Part shown: piece by piece, positions 56,051 to 64,000 of the stretch
How the letters are laid out: every line of letters starts with the position of its first letter
Numbering within the stretch: the first letter of the stretch is position 1
Assembly (NCBI GenBank): GCA_001643675.2
Contig: LSRY02000019.1
Coordinates: forward strand, 1,488,001 to 1,552,000
Origin: Monocercomonoides exilis PA203
Lineage: Eukaryota; Protista; Preaxostyla
Direction: 5' to 3'
Length of the DNA: 64,000 bases
Made by a program: the position numbers and the translations under genes
The notes under the pieces: generated by a model
What the model saw: only the letters and a program-made list of their open reading frames with translations
Database searches by the model: none
Told to the model about the DNA's origin: nothing

Positions 56051-58479
56051 AACATTTCATATTATTTCGCATTCGTTTGAATCAAAAGAGCTTTTTCGAA
56101 TTCTGATTTTTCGGAAATTGTTATTGTTAAGTCAGAAAAAGAAAGGAAACAAAAGAAGAAGGAGAGAGGAAGAATTTGATAACAATCAGAAAAGAGTCTT
56201 TTTTAGCAATACGTGTAACTCCGATTCATTCATTCTTCAACGCATTTTCCTTCACTTTAATTCTTATCTTCTCTTCTTCCTTTTCATTTTCCTCTTCATA
56301 TTCCTCTTCCTCCACCTCATCATTTTCCTTTTCCTCATTTTCATCCTCTTTCTCTTCGTTCTTTTTTTATCTTCTTTTTCTTCTTCATCATCCTCTTCTT
56401 CTGTTTTTTCTTCTTCAGCCAAACAAAAAACGAAAGAAGAAACAAAAGAAACAGTCAAAAAAGTGAATACAAAAGAGAAGGAAAAGCAAACACAGCTTGT
56501 AATTGATGAATGCAAAGAAGAAAAATCATTCTCTTCATGTTTTTCTTCAACGTCTCCATTGACTGTCTTATATATATACATGATAATCAGTGCAAATGAA
56601 GATGAGGATGATACAGAACAAAATTGAACATATAGCAAAGATGATAAAGAAGACAAAAGCTAAACCACTTCAGAGAGAAATGCTGAAACAGGTGAATAAG
56701 GTTCCATAACGTTTCAGATAGAAAGTGACAAAGATGGCGATTCGTTGAATTGAATGTACTGAGCCTCTTTCTTCTCATTAACAAACTTCCTCTTCATGTT
56801 CCTCATTTTCACTTCTCCTCATTTTCTCTTTTTGTTTCAAAACCTTTTTTATTTTATCCTTCTCTGTGTTCGCTTGTTCTTGTTTTAATTCGCTTGATGC
56901 TTCATTTGATTTCAATTGAAGAGAAAAGGAAACTTTTAGCTCTAAAGCGGATATGATGACTTTGAAATAGTTGAATTGAATCAAAACCTCCATCTGAACA
57001 AGAGGAGTACAAGGAAGAAGAAAAAAAGAGGAAAAAAAAAGAACAGTAAAATGTTTGAAAACTCTGATCAGATAAAAGGACGTTGTTTAAGTTGAAAGTA
57101 TGTTTGCAAATACAGGTTGTTGATATTGCAAAACTTATTCACATGAACACATCTTATTGAGGAGAGTGTCAATTCTGATAGCACAAGATAAATGGATTGG
57201 AGACGAACAGGCGGAATGCACAGAACCAAAAGAGAAAGAAATGATGTTGTGTCAATTTATGAAGCGTATGAATCGAAAACAGTTGCAGCAATTGACCTTC
57301 AATTCGCGATTTAAGAATAACTACAAATTTGTTAAAGCACAAATGTGTTTCATGATTCCTTTCTTCTTTTTCTTCACAATTATTGTATCATCGCCTTTTT
57401 TTCCCAATCAGATGTTTTAGTCACCATTCTTTCAATCTTCACTGGAGCTAATTTTCCGAATGGCATTATGATATCTTCTTCTTCAGTAATCTTTTAAAAG
57501 ATTGATCAGGAGTTTTATTCCAACTTTCAGAGCAGTTTTTTTCCAGTGAAAATTCAGAAAACCAGTCGAAAACAGACTTGTCAAATGGAAGAAAAAATGA
57601 AGCATGCGAAAGCGATCGAAGAAGCACAGAAAAAGGCAGCAAATGCGAAGAAGAAGAGAAAAAGGTGGAAAGAAGTGGATTTTGATAACTTCATTTGGAG
57701 TTTGTTTCATAATTAGAGGTAAGCAAGAATTTTACAACAAGTTTTCAATTGTGCAGTTTTAAAGCTTTTAATTCTGTTTTATTTCGAACTTGATCATCAG
57801 ATGCTTCAAAAATATCAAAAGTTCAATTGTTTCTTTTGAAATCCTAAAGCGCGTCATTCTTCGATCAGCTCCACCTCTGGATTCCTACACACACAAACCC
57901 ATAAGAACAAGCAGGTTTTCTGAAGATGATGTGATGAACGAACTTTCGCAATATGGCATAGGTCTATTTTGTACCAGTTTGGAAAGACTTTTTAAAAATT
58001 TTTTATTAGCATATTATTAATTCTTATAATTATTGCAAGCAAACTGCTGATGGAAAAAGACGAAATTCTTCCATCAAAAAAATGATATTTTTTCAATTTT
58101 TTCTCAACCCATAATATTTTCCTATTGATCGCAAAGAATTAAAAATTTTATTTTTGACTTTGTAAAGTTTTTTCATTAATTTTAAAAGTGTAATTTTTAT
58201 CAAAATTGTTTATGTTTATTAATTGTTTCCTAATATTGTTACAACACCATTCGTATGATGCTCTTTTCACAATATAACTTCACTAATGTTTTAATCATTT
58301 TCACAAGAATATAAATTGAAATCGCGTTATAAATATTATATAGCACTTAGATGTATTGAAGATTAGTGTGTATATGTTTAAAATAGTCGATGAATATTTT
58401 ATCAAACTGCCTTTAATTTTTAATTTTTTTGATTTGACTGAATAAGAAAAGACAGTTTAACTGGAGGAAGATCTCACGT

Positions 58480-59110
58480 GTTTGAGTGCTCATTCATTTC
58501 GTTCCCTTCAACTATTTCGAATGGCTGATGGATGAACTGTGAAACTGTTCCAACTGCATTAAAAATGCGGAGCATTCAGTTTATTTTCGTGCTCTGCAGT
58601 ATCATATGGCGGAGGAATGAGATTTGATCCAAACCAACAAACACCTCCAAGCAACAATCATTATTGTTATTTCTTCTTCTTCCATAATTGCAAATGCACA
58701 ACCACTTCCACTCGCTATGGCCACGATGTGAATTTTTGTGATGGAAACAATCTTTTTTCTTCGAACAATCCGTTTTATGAATCGTACACAACGAATACAA
58801 ATGAGAAGAGAGTGTGCTATTTATATAATACTTTTCAGGAAACACAATAGAAGGACTGGCTGAAGGAAGGGATGAAGGATCGGTATGTTGGGGTGAGTGG
58901 GGATGATTCGATTGAATTGTGTGGGATGAGTAAGGCAGCTCCGTGCAAGACAGTGGGGCATGCGGTGGAGTCGAGCATGGCGCAGCTGAGCTCGACAATC
59001 ACAGTGCTGGGTGGAAGGCCAGTGAGCGAAGGGACAACAATCAGTGTTGGGGAAAAAAAGATTTCTGTTGTTGGGAGAGGGAAAACAGTGAGTGTGATTG
59101 GGACAAATTC
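58480..59110 (+). pseudogene. Cargo of element C: fragment of the expanded family
   Basis: ...FYESYTTNTNEKRVCY...KDWLKEGMKDRYVGVSGDDSIELCGMSKAAPCKTVGHAVESSMAQLSSTITVLGGR..., truncated at both ends. Confidence 0.7.
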
Positions 59111-60976
59111 TCTCTCTTTGTTAGCACAACGTAAAGATAAGTTCTTCACTAGGTGTGCTTGTGATATCTGTTGGAGTCAAAATAATTATGCTGGCTGGAA
59201 TAACGGAAAATCCAAGGTCTGAAGAAGGTCATCAAATAAAATCATCCGTATTTGCGCTGGCAATGCCATAGCTGCCAATAACTGCTATTGAGGCGAAAAA
59301 TCAAAATTCTGTATCAGCCCCTCGTCTCCATGCTGCACCCCTCACAATCTTCGTTTCTATTGCTCCCATCGCCTTTTCCGATGTTTGAGTTCACCTAAGC
59401 ACTGGGATCTAGGAGAAAATTCTTCTGTTGCAAAATATCATCAACTGAGCCCTGCTGAGAAACAAAATGCGACATAAACACCACAGAATGTTTGACTTTA
59501 ACGGCTTTATCGAGGGACAAACAAAATGGCACACCTCTATCACATCAGCAGTAAAAAGATTGAAAAAAGAAAAAAAATAGAGCAACTCACAGACACACTT
59601 GCACATCCAGCTACAGCATTTTGAAGGCGGAGAATGTTGAAGGATGAATAACAAATATTATTCACGTACGGGCACAGCCAGATTTCCTTAACAACTCAGC
59701 AGTTCATCAGCTGTTCCACCTCAAAAATCGAATTTCACACTTCAGAAGGAGCTGTGTTCCATTCCTCCTCAATGAAAAAACAATTTTTTCAAGACACTTC
59801 GTCTTTTAACAAATAATTTTTAAAAACACAATACATTCATTAAACTTTTGTAAATCACTTTTATTAAAAATCACTTCAAAAATGGTGAAATGGTGGATTT
59901 AAAGTTTTCTATTTGAGGTGCTTCTCCAAAATTCAACTTAGAACCTTTGCAAAAGCGTTTATCTGTCAATGAAGTTTAAAAAGGGATTTTCTCAATGTGT
60001 TTCTCCTGTGTTTTTCGTTTTGTCTTCAGACGCCACGCTGAAACCTGGAAAAAAATAAGACAGTATGACCAAAGAATAAAAAAAATGTATAAATGAATTG
60101 TTATTGAAGATTTGAAAAAAGATAACTACAAAGTTATTTTAATACAAAAAAATCAAGATGACAGAATTTGAATATAATGAAATCATTGTCTCAGAAGTTT
60201 TAACTGGCCAATGATGTTACCACGTCTCTTTTCTGTATTCTGTATATCAAATGCCTCTTTGTCCTTGCATTTTTCTTTCCTCCTCTTCATCTTCCTTCTT
60301 CTCTTCTCTTTCAGTTACACTCTATTGTTTCCAAATTCTCTTTCTCCATCTCCATTTCCTTTCTTAAATTTCCAAAAGCTACGTCCTCCAGCCTATATTT
60401 CCTGTTGCGTTAGCGCCTTCATCCACCACCACTCCATGGAGAGAATATTTATCCAATATCTTCTCAACTTTTCTGCTTGTTTCGAAAGATCTCATCCTGG
60501 CCTCAGGTTTGCTTCCAACAGCCCCCAATTTGTCCTTCCATCTTTTATCTCTTATCTTCAATTTTCTATTTCCAACATCTCAGCTCCAGAACACACACAG
60601 CTTTTCATCTATGTCCAATTTCAAAACAAAGATCAAGTGTTCTGGACATATTTATCTTCACGCATTGGTTCTTCATTGTTACCAAGAATTTTTCTGCTTT
60701 ATCTCGTCCATTCTTTCCTCTCGCATTTCATTTCAATAAATTCCTCTCATCCATCCTCTTCACATTCTCTCCCAAATTATCTTTTTCGCTGCTTGCTATC
60801 TCCCATCCTATTAAAATCCTTTCTTTCAAAAACAGCGTTAAGTCGATCTTTCATCGTATCTGCTGTTCAACGTGGAATATAAAAAAGATAATAAAAATCA
60901 CAATTTGAATTCATTATAAAAATATATTTTTTGAAATCAACAATAGAATTACCTTTGAAAAGTGTTGTTTTCTATA

Positions 60977-61426
60977 CAGTCAAAACCGGATATAATCACG
61001 TCGAATATAATCACATTCGCCTATAGTCACATTTTTCGATGCACCGACATTTTTTGCTAGTTTTTCATTCATTTTTCATCGCATATAATCACAGGGATAA
61101 TAATATATAATCACATTTTTAATTATAATGGGTGACTTTTTCAATGAAAAATCGATTTTTTGACCAAAAATCTCAAATTTTCGCGTTTTCAAAAATGTAC
61201 TCAAATTAGTTAAAATAATATGCATTATCGCAAAAAATTAATTTCGCAAGTGAAAAATGAGTTTTAATGAAGAATTTTCAAAAATGAAAAAATCGACCCA
61301 AAATTAATTAATTAATTAATTAATTTTTATTATTTTCTGTGTAAAGCAGCATCGTGTATAATCACAATCGGATATAGTCACAAAAAGTTGTGCAAAAACC
61401 GATGTGATTATATCCGGTTTAGACTG
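60977..61426. mobile_element. 450-bp Tc1/mariner (pogo/Tigger-type) MITE with TA TSD
   Basis: TA|CAGTCAAAACCGGATATAATCAC ... GTGATTATATCCGGTTTAGACTG|TA, with repeated subterminal TATA(A/G)TCAC motifs. Confidence 0.9.
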
Positions 61427-62095
61427 TATTGTACAAAATACAACTACAATTGTGTATGCACAATAAAAAATTTCAAACATTGAATCAGCTGAAAATTATC
61501 AAATGAAAAATAATACTTGTAAAAATTAACTTGTGAAAACAGCGATAATATAATTTCTTCTCCAATTATTGCATTGAACAGTTGCTTTGAGCTTTCAAAG
61601 TCAAAAATAAAATTTTTAATTCTTTGCGATCAATAGGAAAATATTATGGGTTGAGAAAAAATTGAAAAAATATCATTTTTTTGATGGAAGAATTTCGTCT
61701 TTTTCCATCAGCAGTTTGCTTGCAATAATTATAAGAATTAATAATATGCTAATAAAAAATTTTTAAAAAGTCTTTCCAAACTGGTACAAAATAGACCTAT
61801 GCCCGCAATATTCATCCACGGCATTGGGTGATTTAAGTTTCATGATTTGTGGAGGGATAGCCAGAGGTCTGGGAAGGAGAGGGATGATTGGATTAGCAGA
61901 ACTGGAGTTGTGAATCGAATGGAACATCAGCACGTTGCGCATTCAGTCCGATTGCAAATGAATACAAATCAGAATTCTCATGGAACTTGAATGAAAGGAA
62001 AATGAATGTGGAAAAAAAGAAAAAGAAAATAAAAATAAGGTTATCAATATTTATTTTACTTTCTTACTGTTATTTTCTTCTTGTTTCTTTCTTTT

Positions 62096-62240
62096 GTTTT
62101 GTATTGTATTGTATTGTATTGTATTGTATTGTATTGTATTGTATTGTATTGTATTGTTTTGTTTTGTTTTGTTTTGTTTTGTTTTGTTTTGTTTTGTTTT
62201 GTTTTGTTTTGTTTTGTTTTGTTTTGTTTTGTTTTGTTTT
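62096..62240. repeat. (GTATT)n/(GTTTT)n pentamer microsatellite
   Basis: Directly visible. Confidence 0.95.
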
Positions 62241-63987
62241 TACAAATTCAAAATTGAAGCATTCTCAAAATATTTCAGTATCAAAAATCCAGAAGATTAT
62301 TGATTATTTATTATATTGTGAAATGAGAAAGTATAAAAATCACATTTTTGATCAGCTAATTTCAATGCATTTCCTTAGTCGATCATGGAATAATTAGACT
62401 GATTTTTGTGTGTGAGAAAATATTTGTTCCCAACTACTTGAAATGATTATGATTCATTGAAACTTGCTATTAATTCTTTATTTCCTTCTTTTTCCATTTG
62501 TTAGAAAAAATCCATTTTTGAAGGCTTATTTACGCTTTGCCAATTTGATTAACTTGTGTTCCTTTCAATCTCTAATTAACGTTCATAAAATATTCTAGAT
62601 ATTCATATGTCACATTGAAATGCTATGCTGTTTGTTTTCACTAATCCAAAACAACAAAATAAGTTCGGTTTATCAGCAAGGCATCAACTAATATGTGTTC
62701 GGTCAAGCGGACTCTTCTCATCTGTTAAATGTTGAAATAACAGATTTCTATGAAATGATTAATAACCTTATTTAATGATTAAATCATATTGTGAGTGAAT
62801 CCAGAATATTCTAAATTCCATAAACGGTGAATAAGAAATACAAAACAAAAACGCTCAAAACCTTTGTTTTCTTGTTATCTCTTCATTCGTTTCATTTTCT
62901 TATTCAAATGATAGATTCATCACCTTTTTCACTTTTATCAACAACTCATACATTCTTTTTCTGCCATTCTTTCAAATTTCGAAATTTTCTCTTTCATATT
63001 CAATATTTCTCTTGAAAGATCTATTTATTGAAAAAAATAAAAATAATTCTTCTTTCTTTTCAATAAACTCTTCAGTATTCAAACACAGAAAAGCAAATGA
63101 TTTGGACAAACCAATTATTGCATTTTTAACAAGAAATCCTTGCTGAATCCAAATGCTCTATGTCAATTTCGCTTTTCGCATCCTCAGCAACCACAGAAAT
63201 GATGGTTTCTTTTTATCGTTCAAATGAATGACTTGAAGAAAAATATTTTCTGAAATACAATATTTAGAAAAAAATTTAATATATATCATATTTGATCAAA
63301 GCCAAAAATAAATGAAAAAAAAAATTTAAAAACATCAAAATGAATAGGAAATGAAAAGAAAATACCAAAAACAACATATTGAATTCGATTAAAATAGAAA
63401 AACATTGTTGATTTGTTGCAAAATTCAAGGACCGAAAAATTGTATGATTTCAAAAATAATGACCCATATATTCGGATAAACTTGAATAATCTCATTTTTC
63501 CGAGTTTCATTGAAAAGAAAATACTATATTTTTTATTTATATCTATTAGCTTGATGATTATTAAAAACAATTCATATATAGGTTACTCTTTTTGAAAAGC
63601 CACAAATGTTCTTTATCTGGATTTATATAAAAATACACATTATTTGATCAGTTTTTTCAACCAATCCTTCAAGCTTCAATGCTTATTTAAGGAATTTATT
63701 CAAACCTATTTAATGTTAGAATAAGTACATCCTGGAAAAGTTTGATTGATTTGAAGCAAAAATTGTTCAAATAAGGTGTGCTTTTATTTAACACACATAT
63801 TACACATTTGTCACTTTTCGAAAAGAGTTTCACTTTCATAAAAACAAATTGAGGGAATAACTGGGAATTTTGGTTGTAAAACAATCATAGGTGAAAAGAT
63901 ACTCAACCGACACAATTGATCTTGATAATAATTACTCAGATTAAGGATCATTATTATTTTATTTGCAAATGGGTGATTATTTTTATA

Positions 63988-64000
63988 CAGTCTAAACCGG
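63988..64000. mobile_element. Terminus of a second copy of the same Tc1/mariner MITE, cut off by the window edge
   Basis: TA|CAGTCTAAACCGG is the reverse complement of the right end at 61414-61426. Confidence 0.7.

Larger units (their letters stand above)
57955..61803. mobile_element. Non-autonomous TIR element C (GGCATAGG ends), 208-bp TIRs, 8-bp TSD CGCAATAT, with mosaic cargo and a nested MITE
   Basis: TIRs 57955-58162 and 61596-61803. TSD at 57947-57954 and 61804-61811. Confidence 0.93.

Noticed and set aside
60985-61420. CRISPR-like array of TATAATCAC repeats
   Set aside because: Repeats are 9 bp, irregularly spaced and subterminal within a TA-flanked MITE, so they are likely transposase-binding sites.

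Overview
AT-rich eukaryotic genomic DNA with short spliceosomal introns and the standard genetic code. Gene families and style suggest the oxymonad Monocercomonoides (inference, not a database match). The first ~17.7 kb is gene-dense: a PHO80-type cyclin, an unusual eRF3, a Ser/Thr kinase, a TMEM230-like protein, a C2 + double-metacaspase gene and tRNA-Asp(GTC). The rest is dominated by transposons and decayed genes. The main observation is two diverged copies (28255-31967 and 47160-51026, both minus strand) of an intron-containing gene in which a USP/C19 deubiquitinase domain with intact catalytic motifs sits inside a Sola-like DDD transposase. Each copy is followed immediately after its stop codon by a ~130-nt GC-rich, covarying, probably pseudoknotted structure sharing CAGCCTCCCAGG. 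Copy 1 lies inside ~850-bp terminal inverted repeats that carry TTAGGG clusters and a Pol III B-box/hairpin/T8 unit. Three separate non-autonomous GGCATAGG...CCTATGCC elements with 8-bp TSDs carry fragments of an expanded host gene family (Pack-type capture), and there is a TA-flanked Tc1/mariner-type MITE. All boundaries and pairings were read by eye.
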